NCBI RefSeq assembly: GCF_003918875.1
Contig: NW_025767079.1
Coordinates: 5,146,001 to 5,210,000, forward strand
From: Haliotis rubra
Lineage: Eukaryota
Direction: 5' to 3'
Length of the DNA: 64,000 nucleotides
Shown here: piece by piece, positions 36,781 to 48,741 of the stretch
How the letters are laid out: each line of letters begins with the position of its first letter
Numbering within the stretch: the stretch's first letter is position 1
Notes under the pieces: generated by a model
What the model was told of the DNA's origin: nothing
The model's input: only the letters and a program-made list of their open reading frames with translations
Databases searched by the model: none
Program-made: the position numbers and the translations under genes

Positions 36781-37222
36781 CACAAGGGGTCATCTCAAAA
36801 ATATTTTATGATTTTTTTTGTGCGCTGAATATGTCTCATCTATGGATTAACATCTAACTTTACTTTTTTTCATAAAGTTTATGTTGAGATATGTAAAAGA
36901 GTATAATACCCATAGAAAACCTTAAATCAGCCATCGTAATAGATGTCTCAAATTATTTACGTTGCATAGCCACCCGAAGAGCCACAGGACTGGATATTAT
37001 TTGTAAATTGTTGTGACATGCCGTTTACTTCCCCAGTTTAAGCCCCCTAAAGGGTAATCTTATCTTAGATGATATATCTATCCCCTAGCCCGACCCCAAC
37101 CACCGTCTGCAACACCCGTCCTGGTTTTGCTTTTGAGACGACCCGTGCTACCTGTTTCTTTTTATAGTGACAGTGAGACTCCAGGACTATATCCTTAATA
37201 GTTTCAGTATCAAATATCTGTT

Positions 37223-37357
37223 ATATGGAACAAGTTTTTATGGATAACAACTTCTTTATCAAGAGTGACTCTTGCTTGACAACGGTACAAGAATCTGTAT
37301 CGAAACGTCGCACTCACGAAATAAAGAAGTTGTTATCCATAAAAACTTGTTCCATAT
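37223..37357. repeat. 37-bp perfect inverted repeat enclosing a Penelope-like hammerhead motif
   Basis: 37223-37259 is the reverse complement of 37321-37357. A related element lies at 13375-13703. Confidence 0.75.
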
Positions 37358-38535
37358 TGTACGTCTCAACTTCTAAAATGCCACTCAAACAAATATCTAT
37401 TATTAGAAGAATTAACAGAATTGAAATATAATCATTTGATCCAGGAATTCTGTAAGTTTCAAATATCCCACAACAACTTCAAAGTCAACAAATATAGGAA
37501 TACCAAGGAAACACCAATAACATAAGGTTACTGTCCAAACTGTGAAGCTAGGGAAATTGAAAATCAAAACCATGGTTTTTTCATGTCAGAAATATCAGCA
37601 TATATACGAGATGAATACTTCTCACAGCTACGAAATATTTATGATGGACAACTAACTATTCCAGCTAATTTCAAGTAAAAAAACTGCTTTGTCCCTTCAC
37701 AATATCTTCAAACTCGGAGCACCCTTTGTACACCGATATTGACCACTGTTAATTTATTGTAATGAATTGTAAACTGGATTATAGGCCACTAGGCCCGCAT
37801 TACAAATATAACTGTCTGTCTGTTTCTTTTTACATTGATAGTGACACTCCATGGTAGCTACATCCATTATAGTTTCAGTATGAAAGTATTATTTTTTACG
37901 TCAGCTGTCGTTTAAAGTGAGTGAGTGAGTGAGTATTTTTTTTAAGCGACTTTGAGCAATATTCCAGCATGATCACGGCGGGGTACACCAGGAATGGGCT
38001 TCACACATTGTGCCCATGTGGGGAATCGAACCCGGGTCTTCTGCGCTGTCGTTTATAACGAAGGTTAGTCTAATTTCAAAATGGGCATTTAAAAAGTGTC
38101 CTTTGTAATACAATGATACAAAGCCATGGTCTGTTACAAATAAGTCGCTTTGGACTTTGGACCCGCATTGCTCATTTCTGCACTAATCTCTCCTCAGTAA
38201 AGTCCTTTTTAACGTTTCCTATCTCCCTAAAACTCTAAAACTGAGACTGTAGTAAGGCCGATATTTCACACTATTAACTACATAAATTGAAAATTTAAAT
38301 GTGAAAAAAACATTGTTTTCTATTTCCGACAGTTCTTTAGTGATTATATTTTCACAGTTTCAGCGGAAACGCTCGTAGCCGTTTTATCAATTTGTAAAAG
38401 AAAATTAACCGGAATGGTTTAGTCTGGGTTGTATTGTTGTTTACCAAACACTCAAACAAACCTTAGTATCGAAGTCTTTGTTTCATATTCTATTTCCTCT
38501 ATTCGACTCGACTAGCTATCTTCAGGCTGCCGACT

Positions 38536-38775
38536 ACCCGTGAAGGTCCGGGTTAGAATGAACCTTCAGTAACCAATGCTTGTCGTAAGAGGCGACTAAC
38601 GGGATCGGGTGGTCAGGCTTGCTGACTTGGTTGACACATGTCATCGGTTCCCAAATGCGCAGATCGATGCTCATGATGTTGATCACTGGATTGTCTGGTC
38701 CAGATTCGATCATTACAGACCTCCGCCATATAGCTGGAATATTGCTGAGCGCGGCCTAAAACTAAACTCACTCAC
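38536..38775 (+). mobile_element. SINE family B copy
   Basis: TSD tcaggctgccgac. Confidence 0.88.
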
Positions 38776-39094
38776 TCAGGCTGCCGACATTCACTGTGTC
38801 CCCTAACGTTTGAGGTGTTCTATGATTAAAACAGACAAGGATTTGTTGAACCAGGATGTATGTAATAAGGGTAACATAGTTGGACCTCCGTGTGTTGCTG
38901 TGGTTTGCTCTACCATATAAATTACTTTCAACTGTCAAGATGGAATTTCCTCAGCTGTCATCCTCATCACAGAGGTGAATCAAATACGTTTAATCGATAT
39001 TTGAAAACATTAATTGAGATATTAAATCTTTAGAGTCTTCTAACCATGTCCACAACGATATGATTGTCTGTGTATGTTTAATGCAGTTTTTTTC

Positions 39095-39510
39095 ACTGAA
39101 TCTGGAAACAAAAGCTCGGTGTAAGGAGGTTTTCCCCGTATCTTCATCTATACCTCTTGTTTAATTAGGGTTTCACTGTATCTAGAGACACACCTCCGGT
39201 TAAGGAGTGGTTCACTGTATCTGGAAACATACATCCGGTGTAAGGAGGGTTTCGCTGTATCTGGATCCATACCTCCGGTTTAAGAAAGGTTTTGCTGTAT
39301 CTGGAAACATAAATCCGGTTTAAGGAGGGTTTCACTGTATCAAGAAACATACATCCGGTTTAAGGAGGGTTTCGCAGTATCTGGATCTAAAACCTCCGGT
39401 TTAAGAAGGATTTCACTGTAACTGAAAACATACATCCGGTTTAAGAAAGGTTTCGCTGTACCTGAAAACATACATCTTGTTTACGGAGGGCTTTGCTGTA
39501 TCTGAAACAT
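39095..39510. repeat. About 40-bp minisatellite
   Basis: Unit ccggtttaaggagggtttcactgtatctggaaacatacat, roughly 9-10 copies. Confidence 0.9.
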
Positions 39511-39511
39511 A

Positions 39512-39950
39512 GGAGAAGAAGAAGAAGAAGAAGAAGAAGAAGTTTATTCAGTATTTGAGGCCACATGGCCAAGAGTACAAACATATAAGAACAATATTGT
39601 GCGGATGGACAGACAAAAACAATGTAATTAGTTCACTTTCATACAGGCAAGTTACGCTTTAGAAATAATGCTATTGACTTCAATAGATGTGCATTTGTTG
39701 TTGTTAAAAGTTGTTTAAATTTTAATCTTGATGGGAACGTATGGTAATAACTAGGTAAGTACAGTTTTCTTTGTACAGAATAGAATGGACACACAAGTAA
39801 AAAATGAAATTCATCCTGTGTAACATTAAAATCACATTTGTCACATATCAATACATTGAAATTTATATTATTATTATAACGTTGTTGTTGAACATTTAAC
39901 TTATGGCTTAAACAGCGGAATTTGCATAAAATGCGTATACATACCTCCTT
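39512..39950 (-). mobile_element. 5'-truncated LINE 3' end with AATAAA and (TTC)n tail
   Basis: ICDKC..QDEFHFLLVCPFY C-terminal motif. The minus strand ends aataaac(ttc)n. Confidence 0.75.
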
Positions 39951-40546
39951 ATTTAAAAGGTGTTTTCAATGCATCGGAAACAGCAAAGGTTTCCGAAGTG
40001 ATGCAAACCACAGGGATTTGCCCCTTTGTTTCAATTGCAATACACAGGTGTGTTAAAGCTTAGTCTCTGAAAAGAAGTAATTTTGACACAAACAAATTAT
40101 CTCCATTTAAATTGAAAATGAGCCCCGGTGAGCTCGTTGATTCAGAGCCAGAGGAAATCTAGCCCTGCTTCATTTTGCATTTATGCATTTCACAAAAAGT
40201 TTGGGCGGAAGGGAGAATAATGAGGTTCTGTGAATATTTGCATTACATTGTACCCATTTAGGAAATCGAACCCGGACATTCGGCCTGACGAGCGAACGCT
40301 TTAACCACTAGGCTACCCCACCGCCCTCACACTGTAGAAGGATGCAGTAACGTCTATGATGTCCTCACGCTCACTCTGAAAATTGTTCAAAACGTGAACA
40401 TTCATGAAACAAAGATTACAACATGATTCTTTCTGCTTCTTTAAAATATGAATTAAATGCTTATGTTCTGTTCTGATCTTTATAGTGTAAACCTTCAACT
40501 ATTAACAATGCAATGTTCACCACATATTTCTATCCAACGTAGATAT

Positions 40547-41045
40547 GCGAAGGGTGGTCAAAAAGAACTTAGAACTTTGCAGTCAGAGCAGGTTTCGAAC
40601 TTTTATTTTTCGCTATAGTCTCCCTTTAGTTCAACACACTTCACCCATTTGTGCTGCAAGCTGGCAATGCCCTGGAAATAGTAGTCCCTAAACCAAGCTT
40701 CTGTTGTAACCTTGAGTTCATCATTGGCAAATCGTCTCCCACGAAAGTGAGACTTCAAATTTCGAAACAGGTTATAATCAGTGGGTGCCAGGTGAGGACT
40801 GTACACGTGGATGCTGCTGCGTTGGTGCCCTCTAGTGTGAGGACTTGAACTTCAGTTCTGTACTCAGTTTTAGAATCCTCCATGATATCAGTAGGGTATC
40901 TCTCTTCCAGTTCTGAAAATATACATACTGTTTCTTGCGTGGTGTTGAAACTTTCACATGACTGATCAATGTATGCAACACTACTAGCGGCACAGCTGTT
41001 TCACAACTTTAGGTAGTGCGTTCTCAAAACATTTTTAAACCCCTC
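40547..41045 (-). mobile_element. Mariner transposon remnant
   Basis: ORF 40603-40806 reads YSPHLAPTDYNLF (mariner YSPDLAP.DY motif) through KWVKCVELKGDY. Degenerate termini. Confidence 0.85.
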
Positions 41046-41169
41046 CCCCACCCACCGTAAAATACCCCCAGACATACGATTAGGTTTTGAACCTGAACTC
41101 GTCCCTGATACAGCTCGAGACCAGTGGTCTGCTTGTGAGATGTTCCCTCGGCTTATAACAACGGGTTTT

Positions 41170-41355
41170 CTTAATTCACTTCAGGGTGGTGGCAGACAAG
41201 GATATCTTATCGAGAAGATAACACCAGGAAGTTTGTGTCCACACATTCACATAAAAGCCTCACTTGTGTACATGGCGCCGTCATCTGAAGACGCTAATGC
41301 GTGTTACTGAACAGCTTTGACGACTTCAACTATAGATGGCCATGTTTTTGTAAGA
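41170..41355 (+). pseudogene. Orphan duplicate of TLR exon 1 with ATG->ATA
   Basis: Near-identical to 44468-44652. It reads ctATAgatggccatgttttt|gtaaga against ctATGgatcgccatgttttt|gtaagt. Confidence 0.75.
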
Positions 41356-41957
41356 AACTGGTAAAGATTTTATTGGTATATATGGCCCGGAGGACGACAA
41401 TACAATGTAAATATATTGTAATGTACACAGTAACAGCGCTACCATGCAATACTACATGAACAGCATACCATGCATAGACAATGTTGTGGGAAATATACAG
41501 TTATTATTGATTTGATTTGTAGTATTAAGACTAACTTGTACAGTAGTTGCACGTCATTCGTTGTTAAAACAGCAATACACTTTTCTTTTGATGGTTGTCA
41601 ACATAGATATAAAGGTAAGTATTTATATTTTAAACATAAATATTGAGGACATTCTAAAGGTACATGGCATTCATCTTCTGTGAAGTTACAATGATCACAA
41701 GTGGTAATTTCACCATACGGGTGTTTAGAAAACCTTGCAGATTTTATCTTAAAATCATGGCTATTACATCTGAACATAGTTACAATTCTACGAAGATTGA
41801 TAAATGTTCGAGACGATAGATACTATTCAGGTTTGATAAAGGATTTAGACTCAGCATATAACCCACTTGAAGAACGAATGTCATGGAACCATTCCTGCTG
41901 GTATACTCCCGTATATCTTTACATCGTTGTTCGAACATTTTTAAAAACGAATCCCTG

Positions 41958-43690
41958 GTTATTAAGTCGCAGGCAATTACCCCCTTAAAACCATAAGTGC
42001 TACTAACTAAGATTTTGAGATAATCAGGACAAATCCTGGATTAACTATCACTGTGAATCTAGCACCCTTCATTAAACGTACAATTTCACACATTTTCGAC
42101 AATATTTTGGCCAATATTATATACTCAGCAACAACAAAAAACGTCTGTACGAATTCAAAATTAGATAGGCACTGTAATCAAATCATTACAGAAATAGACA
42201 TAATAAGCAGATCAAAAACATTTTTGGGTACAATATCTTGACACATCAATGAATAACTCAGCACCATTTCAAGACATTACGTGAAGGTTTGCAGTCCATT
42301 CAGACCCTTGACTTCAGTATCTAGTGTGACCACCACGAGCGGCATTAACTGCAGCACAGCGTCTATGCATGGAGTGCACCAATCGATTGATGAAGGCCAT
42401 TGGCACCTTGAACCACACTCTGAGAAAGGCCTGGCACAATAAATCGGTTGTGTTCGGCCTTGGTATGACATTATTCAGTCTCCTCTGAATTTCATCCCAA
42501 AGATGGGATTCTGCACATGTTGTTGCACAACATGGCGGTCTTGTCGTCTTGTCTGCCAGTAGGGGGGCGATCATTTGTGGCGTTGGTACCAGCCTGTAGA
42601 TGGTCCGAACGTTGACCTGGAAGTGACTGGCAACGGCTTGTGCAGTGTGGCCAGCTTCAAGCCTTCCTAGCGCCTGGTTCCTCTGAGCTGTCGTGAGTCG
42701 CGGCATCCTGCTGACGTTGTCATGTGAATGTTTCAACCATGTTTGGGGGTGCATTTTATAGGGCTGGTCCTTGTGAACAGCACTTGCAGCATAAGTTGCG
42801 TGAAAAACATGGAGAACACCGTACCATCTCCGAGATCAGGTTGCGTGTTTGGGGCCATTTCCTAGGTTCCATTCTGAGTTTGGGAAGGAATGTCTTTGCT
42901 CAGGTAAAGTTGGAGATGCTGTCAAAAATATACAATCTAAACATTATATGAGTTTACAGTTATTCGTTTCTGCGAAGGAAATATTCCAAACTGACGTTTC
43001 TTTTGCTTCTTAGTATATATACTTCGGCATATGCACACACTTTAGCTTCCTGTTGATGCAATAAAAGACTTAATATCCCTTACGACTTGCCTGAAATCAA
43101 TAATTGAAACTTAGAGGCGAACAGAGAACACTTGCCATAAATTATATGGTAGCTTCCCCGAGGGATGATCCAGAAACAAGACGGATCATCCTTGTCCTTC
43201 TCAATCGATCTTGCATACCTTGGGCACATCTTAAAGCACGTGTACAAATTAAAATCCAAAGCCATGTGCTTAATTTATTCTACTCGAAGTGGCAAATATA
43301 TAATAGACGTAACATAAAACTGCTATAGGTATTGATGTTGCAACTGATGTATTGATGTATCATAAAACTCACAAAGGTATTGGTGTATCAATTGATGTAT
43401 CAATTGATGTATTGATGCATCGTACATAATTTAAGATACGTATTGATGTACTGAGGCGCATTTTAACATCGTACCTTAGGCACATTTAGGAGCAAGTGGT
43501 GAAACTAAAGCGAGGTGCATACTTTATTCTGCTCGAGGTGGGAAACATACAATAGACACCAGAAACCTGCTCTAGGTATTGATGTAATCACCGATGTATT
43601 GATGCTTCACAAAACAACTATAGGTATTTACAACAGTTCATCTTGGACATTATCACAGATGCTGTGAATGATCAGGTAGGTTTGACACAA
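41958..43690 (+). repeat. Diverged direct duplicate of 49467-51099 (TLR downstream flank and GPCR 3' end including the last ~12 codons)
   Basis: Collinear similarity: 41958-42123 to 49467-49634, 43015-43111 to 49630-49725, and 43136-43690 to 50469-51099. 43653-43690 encodes VSNLPDHSQHL* on the minus strand. Confidence 0.9.
42124..43013 (-). mobile_element. Internally deleted Tc1-like DNA transposon
   Basis: Degenerate TIRs (ctcagcaacaacaaaaaacgtc / gacgtttcttttgcttcttag) flanked by TA. N-terminal HTH MPRLTTAQRNQALGRLEAG.. and C-terminal HLWDEIQRRL..SMHRRCAAVNAARGGHTRY. Absent from the paralogous copy at about 49630. Confidence 0.9.
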
Positions 43691-44629
43691 GAGAGAGGGA
43701 GGGGGGGGGGGGGGATCTTCCCCATTCCCCCACCCCCGAATTGTCCACAACTCATTTAATCACAACCTCAATTAATGCTGCACAGATTGCGGTCAGACCA
43801 TATGACTGATGATTGGTACCGAGGGCCGTAGTTAACTATTCCTAATAGGGGAGGAATTTCAGATACAGCTAGCAGTGTATAATGGAGTCAAAATCATTTT
43901 GACATTCCCTTGGAACTGTAAATGTGCTAATTTCATGGTTGATCATAAATAAAGCAATCTTTGTGACTGACTTTTCTTGTTAAGTTGCAATGAGTAAACT
44001 GAGTGTGTGAGTAATATTGAACAAACCTGAAGTTATCATGTAGGTGATGTAACTTTCACGTGCAATTTCTGGACTGTCAACTGAATTTAATAATACAACT
44101 ATTGTATATAGATACTTGTATATTCATACCGACAAAACAATTATTTTGCATGTATACAGATATGCATGAACATATTTATAAAGTTTAGAACTTTATGTAC
44201 AAATGCTACAATTTTGAACAAAGACATTTTGTTTAAAAAACATTGAAAAAATGTGGTCAAACGTAGCAGGAAATAATATTTTATATCAAATTGGAGATAA
44301 CATAGAGTCATTGTACCTTCAGAAAGCAGGAAATTGCATCTGAGGGTATCTAATCTAAAAAGATTCACGGAGCCCACTAGAACCTCGGCCTCGAACATGG
44401 ATAGTTCATCCACCCCACATCCCACACCCCATTAAGAAAAGTTAACTACAGCCCTGCAACAGCATTTGTTAATTCACTTCAGGGTGGTGGCAGACAAGGG
44501 TATCCTATCGAGAAGATAACACCAGGAAGTTTGTGTCCAAACATTCACATAAAAGCCTCACTTGTGTACATAGCGCCGTCATCTGAAGACGCTAATGCGT
44601 GTTACTAAACAGCTTTGACGACTTCAACT

Positions 44630-47600
44630 ATGGATCGCCATGTTTTTGTAAGTACAAGATTTCCCAATTTTCAGACTATTAATTGCTCAAAGAATCTCAT
44701 TATCAGTGATACCAGTACCAAGTAATTCATCTGCATTAATACAGTCATCACATACATGGGCATTATGAGAGCTTAAGTAATCTGCAACATGTTTGCCGAA
44801 ATAGTAACTGGTTCTAATTTGTTTGTTTGTTTAACGCCGCGCCCAGCAAAATATCAGGAAGTCACGCTCTGGCTGTGAGCCATTTTTTGATCACTTTACA
44901 TTTACTTTACCAATTAATACGATATAGCTCACTGCTGCGTCAAAAAGCGACACGTCAGAAAAGAATAACCGAGCACTTACTGTACAAGTTAAAATAGTTA
45001 TTTTCACTCACTACTTCAGTGGTTGTCACAAATCAATCGATTATAATTATTCTGGGCAAGCAATAGCTGTCTGAAAAGGGAGAAAATCTCACAAACCGAT
45101 AACCATGACCAGGACATCTTTCAACCCTTGATTCCAGGATCCTGGAGCGTAAAACTAAAGCTTAGTCTCTGTAAATAGGTAATTTTGACAGAAACAATTA
45201 TCTCCATTTAAATTGAAAATGTGCCCCGGTTAGATCGGGGATCCAAAACCAGAGGAAATCTAGCCTTGCTTCATTTTGCTTTTATGCATTGCACAAAGGG
45301 GTTGGGCGGAAGGGAGAATAATGAGGTTCTGCGACTATACGGCTCTAAGGCCCCTCGATCCCCGACCGCGTCATACCAAAAGACGTTAAAACATGGTACT
45401 TGTTGGTCCTTGCCTGACGCTCGGCATTAATGTGTACAACAAGGACTGGTCGTCTCGGAGTCAGTATAATGTGTCTGAGTGGGGTATTCATGCTTCGCTG
45501 CGGCGTATTTATGCTTCTCGGTGGGCTAGCACTATAAAATCAGCTTAAGTCTGGGCTAGTAAAAGCAGCCGCACATACACATACACACGCATGCACGTCG
45601 TCATATGAGCGAAATATTCTCAAGCACGACGTTAAACCCAATTTCACCTCACCTCCGCTCTAAGGCCCCAGAGGTGCAGAGCGAATGTGGTCTATGTAGT
45701 GAGGGAAGCGCATTATTATAAAATCCTAATCCCCAAGTAAATGTTAGTATCAAATACTTATATCATCATTCCACATCAAATACTTTAAAAATAATCAGGT
45801 GAAGGCAAGATGAAAAAGTGGTTAAGTGATGAATGTAAGAGCGTAGAATTCCTTCAGTGTTCATTAGTACATCCCGGAATATCACTTGGGGTCATTTGCC
45901 TGTTTCAAATCTGGGAGGTTAGAGGACGAGGGATTGTGTGTGGTAACCCATTTTTTCAGATTGAGTTAACGCTATTAACTACCTCTGGGTTTATATCACG
46001 TCTCCCAAACACCTATGAGTCTCATTTCATTAATTTTAAGACCATTTCATAGTTTGGTGGATTGATGTTATTCAGAATGCCTTTTTGCCATAAATGAGAA
46101 AGTGTATGGATTTTCAAATCACTTGCACATGGCTTATTGTTTACAGGTCTTGTGTTTAACAGTGGCCCTGGTAACAGGTGGATCAAGTCTCGATTGTCAG
46201 CCATGTCAGTGTTCTGAAAGCAAACACACCATTATTGCAGATTGTACAAACAGAAACTTGTCATCCGTTCCCGGTCACCTCCCATACAATATCACAGAGC
46301 TGAGTCTGAGTCATAACAGAATGACAAATATTGGTAAACAACTGAAGAGGTATACCTCTTTAAAACGCCTGGATGTGTCATTCAACAAACTCTACAAGCT
46401 CAGGAGAAACGATTTTGTTGAACTGACAGGTTTACACGTTCTAATGCTTAGCAATAATCATCTATCTTTGTGTAAAAGTGTTTATCCAAAAGGACTGTTC
46501 CGGTTCCAGAAGAAACTGAAGGTTTTGAAAATGGAAAATAATTCTCCGGTAGAATTTGAAGGACAACTTGATAATTCACAAACAGAAATATATTTACTCC
46601 AGTACCCAGATGAAACTTTCCAGGATCTAATTTCCCTTGAGGAACTTCACATTGATGGGCTGAGAAATCGAACGTTTGGAGAAGGATTTAAATACACCAA
46701 CATCACGACACTGAAGATTGGAGGAAACTGCAACATGAGGGACGTGTTGAATGAAACATTCCGCTATCTAAAGAGAATAACACACTTAGACATTACAAAT
46801 TGTGAAATAACTGATATTGGTCAATCTGCATTTGAACCTCTCCAAAACATTCACATGTTAGACATGTCCCAAAATTCCGATCTTGGATTAGACAAGGCTT
46901 CTGCGAGTTTGTATGGTCTTCGTAATTCTTCACTGAAAATTCTAAGAGCAAATAAACTGTACAGATATCGAGGTATCGGCCATCTCGTAACTGTGCAACA
47001 CGTCAAATACATGTCTGGTATGGTCCTTGAGGAATTACATTTGGATGATAACCGGATAGAATTACTGGATCCTAGAGTTCCCGTCCTCATGCCACGGACC
47101 CTGAAAGTTGTCTTTTTGCGAAAAAACATGTTTTCGTTTGGTTTGTATCTTCTAACAATGACATCACTGACCAACTTGCAGTTTGTGGATGTTTCCTCAG
47201 GTCATTTGTCCCATGCTAGTCCATTTACAGTACAGTCAGAAGCTCAGCTTGATTCTTTCCTAACTGACTTCGACGCAAACCCTTATATGGATCATGACGA
47301 CACCTCACAAGCTTGGGAAAGTTGTAGGTCATTGTGTCCAGTCACTAAGTTCACGAAACATAGTTTTACTCTATTTGAAGATCTTTCAGTTGGTGGCCCA
47401 CCATGGCCAGGGAATTTCACAATTCATGTTCCACCGAATGCAACATATACAAACGTTAGCAACTCGAAACTGAGATACACCATCCCTAGAGTGACATTTG
47501 GTAAAAACAGACTAAAGGTTTTGGATCTGTCATATAATTTCTTTACACAGGCGTTTGGACCAGTTATTGGGCTTGATCATCTTGAAGTCATTGATGCGTC

Positions 47601-48741
47601 ACACAATTATTGTGATTATATTGACAGACACTTCTTTGATTATTTTATTTCCCTGAGAGTACTGAACATAAGCTTCAATTATTTTGGCTATACATTGCAT
47701 GATGAAACATTTAGTAAGCTGTTCAAGCTGGAACACCTGGATCTATCAAATAATAAACTGAGTACTCTTCCAAGGGACGTTTTTAAGGGCTTAGAAAATC
47801 TTCAGTTCTTGAGTGTTGGGTCCAACTATTTAAATACGTGGAATGCCAATATTGGGGACCTGATCAACTTGGAACTTTTAGATCTCTCCGATAATCTCTT
47901 TGAGCTGCTTGATGTAACCTTTAGAAATCAGATTGATGACAATGGGAGCAAAGGACTGAAAATGAAGCTTCATAAAAACCCATGGACATGTACATGTGAA
48001 ACACTAAGCTTCTTGAAGTGGCTAAACATCAAACGAAGTAGTGTTTATGATGTTCAAGATCTACTCTGTACAGGGTCAAATGGTGGCCAGAAAAACATGA
48101 GCAACCTACAAGAGATCATAATGGAACTGGAGAAGAGCTGTGCATCCTACACTGGGGTGGTGATTGGGATGCTCAGTCTCATCATGCTGGTCCTGACATT
48201 TGCCGTGACAAGCATCGTGTACAGATACAGGTGGAAACTGAGGTACCTCTACTACGTTGCACGGAACCGACACAGAGGCTACCTGCCTGTAGAAGAGGAG
48301 GAACAGGAGTTCGAGTTTGATGCCTTCATATCCTACGCTGATGAGGACCGTGGACTTGTAGTTAGGAACATGAGGCAGAGGCTTGAAGAGATGCAAGGTC
48401 TAAAGCTCTGTATTCATCACCGAGACTTTCTCGTTGGGGAGGCTATCGCTGCCAACATCCTGAACGCCGTGAAATCCAGCAGGAAGACGGTGATTGTCTT
48501 GTCAAGACACTTCTTGAGGAGCTACTGGTGTAAGTACGAAGTGGAGATGGCTAAGATGGAGAGTATCTACACAGGACGGAACACCCTGCTGGTTGTTGTA
48601 CTGGAGAACATCCCTTTGAAGGACCTGACCCCTGACATTGTGGAGTTGATGCGTCAAGATTCCTATGTAGAGTACACGGATGATCAGGATGGTCAAGAAG
48701 TGTTCTGGCAAAATCTGGAGCGGGCAATACGTGTTTCCTAG
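44630..48741 (+). CDS. TLR: Toll-like receptor (single-cysteine-cluster type), about 870 aa; probable exons 44630-44647 and 46147-48741 (alternative unspliced ATG at 46129)
   Basis: LRRNT (CQPCQC..ADC), many LxxLxLSxN repeats, LRRCT (NPWTCTCE), TM segment (VVIGMLSLIMLVLTFAVTSIVY), and a TIR domain with FDAFISY, LCIHHRDF, SYWCKYE and FW box 3. ATG GAT CGC CAT GTT TTT|GTAAGT joins in phase 0 to ttattgtttacAG|GTC, giving the signal peptide MDRHVFVLCLTVALVTGGSS. Confidence 0.95.
45355..45656 (+). mobile_element. 5'-truncated SINE family C in the TLR intron
   Basis: Highly similar to 9342-9637, with a 13-bp TSD gctctaaggcccc. Confidence 0.88.

Noticed and set aside
40056-40232. Block repeated at 45158-45332 as part of the TLR duplication
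   Set aside because: Its order relative to exon 1 differs between the copies, so it is more likely a dispersed repeat fragment. Unresolved.
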